A stretch of DNA of 64,000 bases from Verrucomicrobiota bacterium (GTDB taxonomy: Bacteria; Verrucomicrobiota; Verrucomicrobiia; Limisphaerales; AAA164-E04): the NCBI GenBank assembly GCA_047947115.1, contig CP170459.1:5664001-5728000 (forward strand), given 5' to 3'. Both the position numbers and the translations under genes were made by a program. The notes below the pieces were generated by a model. The model saw nothing but the letters and a program-made list of their open reading frames with translations. It ran no database searches and was not told where the DNA came from. How positions within the stretch are numbered: the first letter of the stretch is position 1; each line of letters opens with the position of its first letter. Below, in pieces: positions 30,986-41,436 of the stretch.

Positions 30986-33688
30986 ATGACTGTTGGTTGC
31001 TTAAAGCCACACACCTTGGAACGGTTGTCAGGTATGCTCCTGGCCCTCACGTTTCTCACGGCTTCCATGCCAGCATGGAGCGCGGTAACTCCATGGGACA
31101 AGATTATCCCAAACACGTCATTGAAGTTACCGGACCAACCAAAGTGGCTGAACTATGCGACCCGTAATCGTTTTCCGAACCTGAGCTTTGATCAACCGGT
31201 TCAGATTGTTTTTCAATCAACGTTTGAAGATGGTTTCTTTGTGGTGGAGAAACCTGGCATCATCCGCCTTGTCCAACATCGTGAACAATCCGAATCGACC
31301 CCTTTTCTCGACTTACGTGATCGCGTTTACAATTTCTCCGAATCGGGCCTGTTGTCGATGGCATTTCATCCAAACTTTCATGAAAACGGCCGTTTCTTTG
31401 TTTTCTACACCGCCAGGGAAAGCATCGACAGAACCTTCTTTTATTACAACCGACTCTCAGAATTCAAAGTCGATCCCAACTTTCCCAGTCAGGCATTGAA
31501 GGAGTCTGAAAAGTTATTGATCAACCTGCCCGACCGACATCACGACCACAACGGAGGAGGCATGTTGTTCGGTCCGGACGGCTATTTGTACCTAAGCATC
31601 GGGGATGAAGGCAGGTTTTATGATTTCTTCGGACACGGCCAAAAACTAACCCGCGACCTGTTCGCGGGCATGTTGAGAATCGATGTGGACAAGAAACCGG
31701 GCAATCCCCCCCCCGCTCCGCATGCAGCGGTGACGGATGGATACGCCATCCCCGCGGACAACCCGTTCGTAGGAATCGAATCCTATCGCGGTCAGGATTT
31801 GGAAACGGACAAACTGCGTACTGAATTCTACGCGATCGGAATGCGCAACCCATGGCGCTTCGTTTTCGATCCTCTTACCGGCAAACTCTACTCAGGCGAC
31901 ACAGGTGACCATACACGCGAAGAGATCAATGAGATCGTTTCCGGCGGCAATTATGGTTGGCCACACAGGGAAGGCAGCCTGCCGGGACCACCCGATCACG
32001 CCATCCACCAGGGAGATCATGGATTCATTGACCCCATGGCGGAATATGGCCGGGAGGATGGCAATGATATTGCAGCCATGACCGTTTACAGAGGCACTGC
32101 ATTCCCAGAGTTGGACGGATGTGTGCTGTTCTCCGACTTTTACGGAGGCTGGCTCGGGAAAACCAAAATCAACCAACAGGAGCCTTCTCCCATAGAGTGG
32201 TTCGCCTGGGATGTGCATATCGCCGACATGACCATCGACCCTACAGACGGAAACATTCTGTTGGTGGACATGATGGAAGGGATCATCAAAGAATTTATCC
32301 CTCCCTCTGAAAACAACTTTGAAGACATCCCGACGCTGCTGTCCGAAACGGGTGCTTTCCTCGACACAAAAACATTCACGCTCGACCCAAGCTTCATCCC
32401 CTACCGGATCAATGTCCCTTTTTGGTCGGACCATGCCGTCAAATCAAGGTGGATCAGCTTTTCGAGTTCCGAGGCCAAAATAAACTATCACAAAGAAGAT
32501 ACCTGGGGCTTTCCTCCGGGCACTGTCTTCATGAAACACTTTGACCTCGAACTTGAGCGGGGAAATCGTGCTACCGCAAAACGACTCGAAACCCGTTTTC
32601 TGGTTCTCACCGCGTTCGGGGGCTTCTACGGTCTGACCTACAAATGGAATGAAACACAAGACGACGCGATACTGATATCTCCAGACGGACTCAAAGAGGC
32701 GATTCAAATACGTGAAGAAAACGTGGAACGTGAACAAACCTGGCACTATCCGGGACGTCACGACTGCATGACCTGCCACAACGGGGGGCCCGGGTTTCTT
32801 TCACCCACCCGATTTGGCCGTTACGCGCTCGGATTCGGCACGGCACAGTTGAACAAGGAAATACACACCGGAACAGACTCATTCAACCAACTCGCCGCCA
32901 TGGACCGAGCCGGCATTCTCACCCCTCCATTGGACAAACCCGTCGGCCTGCTGCCGAAACTGGTTGACGCCAACAATGAAGAAGCCAGTCTCTATTACCG
33001 CGTCCGATCTTACCTTGCCGCCAACTGTGAATCCTGTCACGAAGGGATAGCAGGAACGGCGCGTCTCTCGTGGAATGCGACTTTCCGGGCTGCCAATGAT
33101 CAGGTAAAACTGATCGACCACTCGGCCTACAACAACCTGGGCATCACCGGGGGAAGACTGATCCATCGATCCGATCCCGCCAAATCCATCCTGCTGCAAC
33201 GCATCAGCCGCAATGGCCTTGAGCGAATGCCGCCCCTTGGCAGCTCTGAGCTGGATCACACCGCCATCGATTTGATCCAACGCTGGATTCTCGAAGATCT
33301 CGGCAAACCTCAATCCTATGCAGATTGGGCTCAACTCTACTTCGACGACCTTGCATCACCGGAATCCTTCCTGTTTTCAGATCCCGATGGCGATGGGGTT
33401 TGGAATTTTTTTGAAGCTTTGACGCTCTCCAATCCTCTGGACCCTCAAGATTTTTACGCGGTGAAGATGAGGCGGGAAGGCAACAAGTTGAGTCTGGAAC
33501 TTCCCGGACTTTCCAACCGGTATGCGTGGGTGGAATGGACGGAAACACCCTCCATTGCGAGTTCCTGGCAATTCCTGAATGTGCAGGAAAACGGCTTTTT
33601 CCTTCCGGCTTCGTCAGCTCCCAGAACCCTTGATCTGGAGAAATCGGATCTGAGCAAAGCTTTTTTCAGGGTCAAAGTGCGTCAATAA
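30986..33688 (+). CDS. Glucose/sorbosone (PQQ-type) dehydrogenase-family protein with diheme cytochrome c module, paralog 1
   Basis: ESGLLSMAFHP, HNGGGMLFGPDGYLY, GMRNPWR, GGNYGWP; CMTCH and CESCH; C-terminal DPDGDG...NP.D tail. Start is uncertain (30866/30986/31034). Confidence 0.88.
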   Translation: MTVGCLKPHTLERLSGMLLALTFLTASMPAWSAVTPWDKIIPNTSLKLPDQPKWLNYATRNRFPNLSFDQPVQIVFQSTFEDGFFVVEKPGIIRLVQHREQSESTPFLDLRDRVYNFSESGLLSMAFHPNFHENGRFFVFYTARESIDRTFFYYNRLSEFKVDPNFPSQALKESEKLLINLPDRHHDHNGGGMLFGPDGYLYLSIGDEGRFYDFFGHGQKLTRDLFAGMLRIDVDKKPGNPPPAPHAAVTDGYAIPADNPFVGIESYRGQDLETDKLRTEFYAIGMRNPWRFVFDPLTGKLYSGDTGDHTREEINEIVSGGNYGWPHREGSLPGPPDHAIHQGDHGFIDPMAEYGREDGNDIAAMTVYRGTAFPELDGCVLFSDFYGGWLGKTKINQQEPSPIEWFAWDVHIADMTIDPTDGNILLVDMMEGIIKEFIPPSENNFEDIPTLLSETGAFLDTKTFTLDPSFIPYRINVPFWSDHAVKSRWISFSSSEAKINYHKEDTWGFPPGTVFMKHFDLELERGNRATAKRLETRFLVLTAFGGFYGLTYKWNETQDDAILISPDGLKEAIQIREENVEREQTWHYPGRHDCMTCHNGGPGFLSPTRFGRYALGFGTAQLNKEIHTGTDSFNQLAAMDRAGILTPPLDKPVGLLPKLVDANNEEASLYYRVRSYLAANCESCHEGIAGTARLSWNATFRAANDQVKLIDHSAYNNLGITGGRLIHRSDPAKSILLQRISRNGLERMPPLGSSELDHTAIDLIQRWILEDLGKPQSYADWAQLYFDDLASPESFLFSDPDGDGVWNFFEALTLSNPLDPQDFYAVKMRREGNKLSLELPGLSNRYAWVEWTETPSIASSWQFLNVQENGFFLPASSAPRTLDLEKSDLSKAFFRVKVRQ

Positions 33689-33737
33689 GGCAAGTTAAGG
33701 TTTGAACTCGTACCGCATTTGCTTAAACGTAATTCCC

Positions 33738-36440
33738 ATGACTTGGGGCACCCTAATACGCGGCAACTTCGTTCACCCAATTACAACTCTGATGCTGCTG
33801 GCTTGCATATCTGTTCAGGGATGGGGAGCGTCCACACCTTGGGACAAGATTGTTCCCAATACCGCGCTCAAGTTTCCAGACGTACCTAAATGGTTGAATT
33901 ACGCCACCAAAGATCGTTTTCCGAATCTTCGTTTCTACCAACCGATTCAAGTTGTTTTTCAATCAAGTTACGAAGATGGATTGTTCGTTGTGGAAAAAGT
34001 CGGTCGGATCAAATTTGTAACAGATCAATCCGAACCCTCCGAAGCAACAACCTTCCTGGACATCACCGACCGCGTTTACAACTCTTCAGAATCAGGACTA
34101 CTCTCATTGGCCTTTCATCCAAATTTTGAAATCAATGGTCGATTTTTTGTCTACTACTGTGCCACAGAAAAAAGGGGAGATGCATGGCAGTATTTCAATC
34201 GTCTGTCAGAATTCAATATTGACCCGAACAACATTCGTCAGGGGCTGAAGCAATCAGAAAAAATACTCATCAATCAACCCGATCGCCACGTGGATCATAA
34301 CGGCGGAGGGATGTTGTTCGGTCCCGACGGTTATCTGTATCTGACCATTGGTGATGAAGGCCAGTTTTATGATCTTTTCGAAAACGGTCAAAAATTAACC
34401 GAAAATTTCTTTGCCGGCATGCTTCGCATTGATGTCGACAAACGAGAAGGCAACCTGCCCCCTTCCCCCCATCCCGCTGCATCGGATGCGTATGCCATCC
34501 CAGCCGATAATCCCTTTGTCGGAATCGAATCATACGGTGGATCAACCTTGGACACAGAGAAACTACGCACTGAATTCTATGCCATCGGAATGCGAAACGC
34601 ATGGCGATTTGCGTTTGATCCACTCACAGGCAAACTTTACTCAGGCGACACCGGCGATCATACACGTGAAGAAATCAATGAAATCATTGCCGGTGGCAAC
34701 TACGGCTGGCCGCACCGCGAAGGAAGTTTAAAAGGCCCACCTAACCACTCCATCAGTCCGGGAGATCATTCATTCCTCGATCCGTTGGCTGAATATGGCC
34801 GGGAGGACGGAAACGACATAGCAGGCATGACGGTTTATCGCGGCACAAAGTTTCCAGACCTGGATGGCTGCATCTTGTTTTCGGATTACTTCGGTGGATG
34901 GATAGGCCGGGTCAAACTGACCGATGCCGGCACTTCACCGATTGAATGGTTTTCACTGGACCATCACATTGCTGACATTGCGATTGATCCGGCCGATGAC
35001 AATATCCTGCTGGCAGACATGGTCGAAGGCCGCATCAAACAATTTGTCCCACCCGAGGAAAACGACTTTGACGATATCCCAAATTTGCTTTCTGAAACGG
35101 GAGCCCTTCGGGACACCGCATCGTTCACCATCGATCCGAGCTTTGTCCCTTACCAGATCAATGTTCCTTTTTGGTCAGACTACGCCATCAAATCCAGATG
35201 GATCAGTTTTGCCGACAAGAAAACAGCGATCAGTTTCAGGGAAAACGACACCTGGGGATTCCCACCCGGCACGGTTTTCATGAAGCATTTCGACCTGGAA
35301 CTTCGCAGAGGCGATCCGAGTACCAAGCGCCGACTTGAAACTCGTTTCCTGGTAATCACTTCCTTGGGCGGCTTTTACGGCCTGACCTACAGGTGGAACG
35401 AAACTCAGGATGATGCGGTACTGGTGCCACCAACCGGATGGAAGGAGACCATACAGATTGAGGAAAACGGCAAGCTTCGCGATCAAGAATGGCATTACCC
35501 AGGCCGACATGACTGCATGGCCTGTCACAATGGCGGCCCGGCCTTCAAGGCGAAAGGAAGGCACGGTCGATTTGCTCTTGGTTTCAACACGCCGCAACTG
35601 AACAGGGAAGTGACACACGGACAGGAAACCTATAACCAGCTGGACGCTTTGAACCAGGCCGAGATACTGATCCCTCCATTTGCTTCTTCGGCCGAACTCC
35701 TCCCAAAGCTGGTTACTGCCGACAATGAAGAAGCGAGCCTCAATTACCGGGTGCGATCTTATCTTGCCGCCAACTGTGAAGCCTGCCACGAAGGACTCAC
35801 CAGCAAATCCAGACTTCACTGGAACGCCACCTTACGCGTCTCAAACGCCGAAACGAAATTGATCGACGTCCGGCCGTACAACGATATGAACGTGACCGGT
35901 GCGCGTTTGGTTCACCGATCAGATCCCTCCAAATCCATTTTGCTCCAACGCATCGCGCAAAACGGAATCGAACGCATGCCTCCGCTGGGCAGCACCGAAC
36001 TGGACCACAACGCCATCGAACTCATTCAACGTTGGATACTCGAAGACCTCTCCAAACCCCATACCTACCCGGAGTGGGCCGCTCAGTATTTTGATGACTT
36101 GAACCATCCGGATGCGGCTTTGACCGAGGATCCGGATGAAGATGGATTTTCAAACCTTTATGAATCTCTGACGCGAACCAATCCTCTCGACGATGAAGAC
36201 AATCTCTCACTCAGTTTTACGGTAACAGGTGAAACGGTGAACATGGAAATTCCCGGGGTGCCCAATCGTTATATGGAAGTGGAATGGACGGAAACTCCGG
36301 GAGATCCGGACTCGTGGAACACTCTGGATATATCTGAAAATGCCTTTTTCTTCCCGGCATCGGAAGCCAAACAGTCCATGGACCTCGAATCCATGGATCA
36401 GGAGAAGGCCTTTTTCCGCATTAAAGTCAATGAACTTTGA
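33738..36440 (+). CDS. Glucose/sorbosone (PQQ-type) dehydrogenase-family protein with diheme cytochrome c module, paralog 2
   Basis: Collinear with paralog 1 over its whole length; CMACH and CEACH; start uncertain. Confidence 0.88.
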   Translation: MTWGTLIRGNFVHPITTLMLLACISVQGWGASTPWDKIVPNTALKFPDVPKWLNYATKDRFPNLRFYQPIQVVFQSSYEDGLFVVEKVGRIKFVTDQSEPSEATTFLDITDRVYNSSESGLLSLAFHPNFEINGRFFVYYCATEKRGDAWQYFNRLSEFNIDPNNIRQGLKQSEKILINQPDRHVDHNGGGMLFGPDGYLYLTIGDEGQFYDLFENGQKLTENFFAGMLRIDVDKREGNLPPSPHPAASDAYAIPADNPFVGIESYGGSTLDTEKLRTEFYAIGMRNAWRFAFDPLTGKLYSGDTGDHTREEINEIIAGGNYGWPHREGSLKGPPNHSISPGDHSFLDPLAEYGREDGNDIAGMTVYRGTKFPDLDGCILFSDYFGGWIGRVKLTDAGTSPIEWFSLDHHIADIAIDPADDNILLADMVEGRIKQFVPPEENDFDDIPNLLSETGALRDTASFTIDPSFVPYQINVPFWSDYAIKSRWISFADKKTAISFRENDTWGFPPGTVFMKHFDLELRRGDPSTKRRLETRFLVITSLGGFYGLTYRWNETQDDAVLVPPTGWKETIQIEENGKLRDQEWHYPGRHDCMACHNGGPAFKAKGRHGRFALGFNTPQLNREVTHGQETYNQLDALNQAEILIPPFASSAELLPKLVTADNEEASLNYRVRSYLAANCEACHEGLTSKSRLHWNATLRVSNAETKLIDVRPYNDMNVTGARLVHRSDPSKSILLQRIAQNGIERMPPLGSTELDHNAIELIQRWILEDLSKPHTYPEWAAQYFDDLNHPDAALTEDPDEDGFSNLYESLTRTNPLDDEDNLSLSFTVTGETVNMEIPGVPNRYMEVEWTETPGDPDSWNTLDISENAFFFPASEAKQSMDLESMDQEKAFFRIKVNEL

Positions 36441-36455
36441 ACTGCTGGAAAGGAA

Positions 36456-37256
36456 CTATTGAGCCGTCCACCCTCCATCCACAGAAAGCATGCTCCCGGT
36501 GACATAACTCGCCGATGGACTGGCCAGAAAAATCGCTGATCCCTGAATTTCCTCAAGGCGTCCCCAACGTTTGAGAGCCGTTGCTCCGACGATGAATTTT
36601 TTTCCATCTTCCGTATCGGCGATGGGAATGTTCATTTCGGTCAGAAAAGGTCCGGGACAAATAGCGTTGACGGTGATTCCCTGGTCAGCAAGTTCAAGCG
36701 CCAGGGCGCGGGTCATTTGGACAACAGCCCCTTTGCTCGATGCATATGGCGTTCGATTGGCCACTCCGACTAATCCAAGGGCACTGGCCAGATTGATGAT
36801 GCGACCATATTGAGCCTTTTTCATCACCGGCGTGACAGCACGCGATGCCAGCCAGGTGCCATTGACGTTGATGTCCATGACCTGTTTGAATTCGTCCGCG
36901 GTCACCGCATCAATGGCGCCGCGAATATTGATGCCGGCACTGTTAATGAGAATATCCACCCTTCCAAACCGCGCCAAAGCTTCCGCGACCATGGCTTCGG
37001 ATTGAGCCTGATCGGTTACGTCCGCCTGAAAACCGATGGCCTGAACCCCAAAACCATCCGTAAGTTCGCACGCCGCCGATTCCGCTTCATCGAGGTGTCG
37101 GCTAACCAACATCACATTGGCTCCAGCCGATGCCAGCCCCGCTGCCATGGCGAGACCGAGTCCTTTGGAACCGCCGGTGACAATGGCGGCCTGTCCGTCA
37201 AGTTGAAACTGTTTGATTCCGGGTAAATTCTTCACTGTATCTGACATGATTCTCAA
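36456..37256 (-). CDS. SDR-family oxidoreductase (gluconate 5-dehydrogenase/FabG-like)
   Basis: TGGSKGLG, NSAG, YASSK, VNAICPG, VDGG. Confidence 0.92.
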   Translation of the reverse strand: MRIMSDTVKNLPGIKQFQLDGQAAIVTGGSKGLGLAMAAGLASAGANVMLVSRHLDEAESAACELTDGFGVQAIGFQADVTDQAQSEAMVAEALARFGRVDILINSAGINIRGAIDAVTADEFKQVMDINVNGTWLASRAVTPVMKKAQYGRIINLASALGLVGVANRTPYASSKGAVVQMTRALALELADQGITVNAICPGPFLTEMNIPIADTEDGKKFIVGATALKRWGRLEEIQGSAIFLASPSASYVTGSMLSVDGGWTAQ

Positions 37257-37269
37257 TCTGCTAATCGGT

Positions 37270-38328
37270 TTATAATCCTAAATATTCTTTCGCGTATGCA
37301 AAGCAGGCGCGTACATTGGCCTCCTCATAGGCCAAACGTTCCCCATCGGTTTTATCGCTCACGATGGGCAAAGGTTTCTTGGGAGGATTATTCTTTACGA
37401 GAGCCATGATCCGGGATAGTTCAACGGCAGGCAAATCCTGCAGGGTCAACCAGTAATCCTCGCGCCAGACCGGGACTTTCAAAGGATCTCGCGTGATCAT
37501 TTCCAGATTGAACTGAACATCCGGAAAGGATGCCTCACATAGATCGCAAAGTTTTTTCAGATCAAGCAACCCCTCCCCCAATGGCACTTCGCTCAGCAGA
37601 AAACCATCCTCATACTCCTGCACCCCCATATCTTTCAGGTGGGTTGTGATAACGAATGGAGCCAAGGCCTCCGCCTGCACGTGGGGATCTTCGAGCAAGG
37701 ATAGATTGTTTCCAAAGTCAAAACATACCCCCACCGAATCGCTGCTCAAGCGATGCAAAAAATCCAACTGCTCATGCATGCGCCAGTCCTTGTGATTCTC
37801 CATTGCCAGGCGGACTCCGTGCTTTTTCATCACCCGCTCGGCAAGCACCAGAGATTCCCAGGACTGCGCTTTGAATTGCCGCCAGGCTTCCAGTGTCCTG
37901 AAGGTTTCATAACGTCGCCCCCCAAGGCACACCGCCCGAAGAATGGTCGCACCGGCTTCCTTGGCACGACGCACCGTAACGTCAAAAGCTTCCAGATCAT
38001 CCTCCGTGCGAGGCAAGGACACCTGTCCTTCCAGCCGAATCCCCAGAGACTCACGCCGGTCACGCACTTTTCCGGCAAAATCAGCAGTCCAGTTTCGAAC
38101 CCCAATCTGAAGGCAGCCCGCATCCAGACTCTTGCAATGCTCCAATACATCCAAAGCATTTTCCCATGCCGGAAACTCCTTGCTGTAGAACCGGGAGCCG
38201 CGTCGATAGGAAGCAATGGACAAGCCTAATTTCTTGTCGCGCTTCCCGGACTGGGCCATGGAAGTCAAAGGCAAGGCGACAACGGCGGTGGCCGTTTTTT
38301 GGATGAAGTGTCGTCGGTTGATTTTCAT
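37270..38328 (-). CDS. Tat-exported sugar-phosphate isomerase/epimerase (xylose-isomerase-like TIM barrel)
   Basis: NRRHF Tat motif; ENHKD, DFGN, THLKD, PLGEG, LEM metal ligands. Confidence 0.85.
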   Translation of the reverse strand: MKINRRHFIQKTATAVVALPLTSMAQSGKRDKKLGLSIASYRRGSRFYSKEFPAWENALDVLEHCKSLDAGCLQIGVRNWTADFAGKVRDRRESLGIRLEGQVSLPRTEDDLEAFDVTVRRAKEAGATILRAVCLGGRRYETFRTLEAWRQFKAQSWESLVLAERVMKKHGVRLAMENHKDWRMHEQLDFLHRLSSDSVGVCFDFGNNLSLLEDPHVQAEALAPFVITTHLKDMGVQEYEDGFLLSEVPLGEGLLDLKKLCDLCEASFPDVQFNLEMITRDPLKVPVWREDYWLTLQDLPAVELSRIMALVKNNPPKKPLPIVSDKTDGERLAYEEANVRACFAYAKEYLGL

Positions 38329-38371
38329 AATTTTGGATCACGTGTCGATTAATCCAGGCTGAAAAACATCA

Positions 38372-39094
38372 TCACGCAAACGGCATGTGCCGGGGCGTGA
38401 TCACAATCTCCGGAACCGTGGCGCGGGACGGCAGTTTCGCAACCGTTACGACCATGGCGGCAATGTCCTCGGGTTGCAGCATTCTGGCCCGCTGTTCCGC
38501 GGATGGAGGCACTGGACGTTTATCCAAGATGGGAGTTTCTGTTTCACCTGGATAGATATTGGTCACACTGACACCGTCCGGCAAGGCCTCCAGATTCGCA
38601 AACGTCCCCATGGCGCTTTGCGCAAACTTCGAAGCACAGTAGGGAAGTCCGGCAAGCTGCAAAGTTCGCAACCCGGCCAATGAGACGACATTGATGATCA
38701 ACCCGCTGCCCCGTTCCCTCATGCCGGGAAGCACTGCCTGCATGCAATTGAAAGCTCCCACGGCATTGACATCCATCACCTGGTCCATGGCCTCCGGATC
38801 CATGTCCGCAAAGGTGCGCTTGGGAACATTCATCCCGGCGCTGTAAACAAGTAGATCCACCGGACCAATGCTCTCAGTCACCCAGTCCACGGTGGTCCTC
38901 ACCTGATCTCGGCAGGTAGCATCACAACACCGGACTTGAAACGGTCCGTCCTTTTGAGCGGCCAAAAGGGAAGCTTCGCTGCGGGCTGCAAGCACAACCC
39001 GGGCACCTTCCGCAGCCAGCGCCCTGCCTATACCAAGCCCGATACCTGAACCACCGCCGATAACAAGGACGACTTTGTCTTTGAGGGATTGCAT
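38372..39094 (-). CDS. SDR-family oxidoreductase
   Basis: GGGSGIG, YCASK, IYPGETETPI. Start at ATG 39094. Confidence 0.9.
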   Translation of the reverse strand: MQSLKDKVVLVIGGGSGIGLGIGRALAAEGARVVLAARSEASLLAAQKDGPFQVRCCDATCRDQVRTTVDWVTESIGPVDLLVYSAGMNVPKRTFADMDPEAMDQVMDVNAVGAFNCMQAVLPGMRERGSGLIINVVSLAGLRTLQLAGLPYCASKFAQSAMGTFANLEALPDGVSVTNIYPGETETPILDKRPVPPSAEQRARMLQPEDIAAMVVTVAKLPSRATVPEIVITPRHMPFA

Positions 39095-39100
39095 GCCACC

Positions 39101-39129
39101 GGTATAAAGCTTCCATCCCTTCGCCGCAA
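39101..39129 (-). promoter_or_regulatory. Putative sigma70 promoter (leaderless geometry)
   Basis: Minus strand TTGCGG-N17-TATACC-N6-ATG(39094). Confidence 0.45.
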
Positions 39130-39212
39130 GCAAGGAACATTCAAACTCATCCTGGTATCTTGGTATTTGACGGATGGACCAAGCTCGGTTAACCATCGTC
39201 CATTCAAACAAA

Positions 39213-40130
39213 ATGCGATTTTGGCGAAACATAATCATCGTTGCAGTCCTGCTGGCAAGCGGTTCTCTTTTAGGGCAGGATCTATCGATTCATCATGGGC
39301 TGAATGGAGAGGTGCTGATTGAGGTAGGGGAGAGAGAAGGTGTCACCTATCGACTTGAGAAATCATCAAATTGGAAGGAGTGGTTCAGCGATTCCGATCC
39401 CTGGGTCGAAACCAAAGCATTCAAGATCGATTCACATGGATCAGAAGCCCTGTTTTATCGCTTGCAAACATGGGAAACCACCGACGACCCCATCATTGTG
39501 GGACTGTTGGGAGACTCCACTGTGGTGGACTTTTCGTTTTGGGACGGAACCTTCGGCGGATGGGGCGAGGGCCTGCCGGATTACGTCGGCCCCGATGTCC
39601 GCATCGCCAACATGGCCCAACCGGGAGAAAGCACCCGAACCTTTCTGGAAACTTCCTGGCGGGTCAAAAACCTGCAATTGGTCAGTCCGGATTTTGTCCT
39701 TATTCAGTACGGCATGATCGATGAAATCGCGTCCGAACCCGAAAAACTCACTACCTTCGAGGCCTACGAAGAAAATCTCGAAACACTGATCCAACTCGTG
39801 AGGAATTTCGGGGGAACCCCCATCCTGATCACTCCTCCAGCGAAAAGGGCTTATGGCCCCGACGGAAAAGTGGTGGACTGGCTGAGCGAACGAAGCGCCA
39901 TCGTGCTGAAAGTAGCCAGTCGCCTCCACTGCCCATCCGTGGACCTCAACAGCATGACGCGCGATTACTTCAATGAAAAAGGAAATTACGCCACACGAGA
40001 ACTGACCACCGACGACCGACTCCACTACAAAATCACCGGAGCACAAGTCCTTGCAGGAATGGTCGCTGCCAGCTTTCCCGGAATACTGACCCCTTACCTG
40101 AATTCGGAAACCGTCGCAAATCGCCCCTAG
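39213..40130 (+). CDS. SGNH/GDSL esterase (rhamnogalacturonan acetylesterase-like)
   Basis: Signal peptide; GDSTV, GWG, A.PGEST, IQYG, D.LH catalytic motifs; N-terminal YRLEKSSNWKEW beta module. Confidence 0.85.
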   Translation: MRFWRNIIIVAVLLASGSLLGQDLSIHHGLNGEVLIEVGEREGVTYRLEKSSNWKEWFSDSDPWVETKAFKIDSHGSEALFYRLQTWETTDDPIIVGLLGDSTVVDFSFWDGTFGGWGEGLPDYVGPDVRIANMAQPGESTRTFLETSWRVKNLQLVSPDFVLIQYGMIDEIASEPEKLTTFEAYEENLETLIQLVRNFGGTPILITPPAKRAYGPDGKVVDWLSERSAIVLKVASRLHCPSVDLNSMTRDYFNEKGNYATRELTTDDRLHYKITGAQVLAGMVAASFPGILTPYLNSETVANRP

Positions 40131-40155
40131 GTTGGATAATGTTCAACTGAGCAAA

Positions 40156-41331
40156 CTACTTACTCTTTCTCAAGCTGCTCAAGTACCCCACCAAATCGAC
40201 AAGATCCTTGACCGTCATGGCTTGTTGCAATCCCGAGGGCATCAGAGAACTCTTCATCTGAGAACGGGATTCGATGCCTTCCTTTTCAAGCGTCAACAAC
40301 AGACCGGACTGGTTTTTAAGGGTCACCAATTGCTCCGTTTCACCAATGATGATCCCTGTCCATTCCTCACCGGATTTCATCACCAACTCCCAGCCTTCAA
40401 AACCGAAACTGATGCCGCCATTCGGATCCAGTATGGACTGAAACAAGGCGTCTTTGCCCAATTTGTCGCCAATCTCAGACAACCCCGGACCAAAGTCCAC
40501 ACCCTGATCTCCGATCTGATGGCACATGGCACATCCCGATTCCGGTCTCAAAAACACTGCCTGTCCATTCTCAACATCCGCCTCTTGCCGTGTTAACACT
40601 TCAATCCCAGGCAAAACCGCATCACCTTTGACAGTAGGAAGCGGAATCAGTTCCAAGGCCTTCCCCTTCAAATCTTCCCATGGTAATTGATTGAAAGCGT
40701 AAGCAGCCGGCAGTTTGAGGTCCTGTGGAAGCCCCTGATCGGATTCATAATCCATCAAAGAAGCAACTCCGGGCCTTGTGCGGCACAATGCACGGATGGC
40801 GGCCTTTCGGTGATCGAGCGATTGGCTGGCATCCGTGGCAAGGTTCAATAGCAACATCGAAGCATTTGAATGAGGAAGCTCCCCCAAAGTGACCACCACC
40901 GTGACAACCTCCTCACCATGCAGCATCTGAGCCAAGATTTCGGGAGGACGCGATTTCACCAGAAAATCCAGAGCCATCAATCCTTCCGAAGTATCCGGAT
41001 GAGCCTTAACAAATGCGAGAAGGGAATCATCCTGGTCGTTGAGCCCAAAGGCAATCGCCAGTTGAACAAACTCAGGACGTCCCTTGACCTTTTCCAGCGT
41101 CTTCAACAAAACGGTGTTCAATGCGGCATTGGAGCGAATATCCATATGTTTCAACCGTTTTAAGGCCTCGATAGACTGCGTTACCTTGGCATCCAAAGGT
41201 GGCCACCCCTCACCTCGGGCAATCATTGAAAGGGCCCACACAAAGAGGAACACCCACAAATACAAATTGTGCTTCACCACATCCATTCTGGGAGATGCTT
41301 CACCTTCAATCATGACATCCTCAATATTCAT
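40156..41331 (-). CDS. PVC-type heme-binding c-type cytochrome (HEAT-like repeats + CxxCH)
   Basis: G.AVF...CAMCH, GPGLSEIG, SILDP, SLMPSGL, DLVGYL. Confidence 0.85.
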   Translation of the reverse strand: MNIEDVMIEGEASPRMDVVKHNLYLWVFLFVWALSMIARGEGWPPLDAKVTQSIEALKRLKHMDIRSNAALNTVLLKTLEKVKGRPEFVQLAIAFGLNDQDDSLLAFVKAHPDTSEGLMALDFLVKSRPPEILAQMLHGEEVVTVVVTLGELPHSNASMLLLNLATDASQSLDHRKAAIRALCRTRPGVASLMDYESDQGLPQDLKLPAAYAFNQLPWEDLKGKALELIPLPTVKGDAVLPGIEVLTRQEADVENGQAVFLRPESGCAMCHQIGDQGVDFGPGLSEIGDKLGKDALFQSILDPNGGISFGFEGWELVMKSGEEWTGIIIGETEQLVTLKNQSGLLLTLEKEGIESRSQMKSSLMPSGLQQAMTVKDLVDLVGYLSSLRKSK

Positions 41332-41436
41332 TCAACCCGATCCTGCCCTCTGATTTACAAAGTACCAACATTTTCCTACCCCACCCGCAAGAGCAAAAGA
41401 CAATCCCAGGAGGGGCTGCTCCTGTAGACGGTGCTC

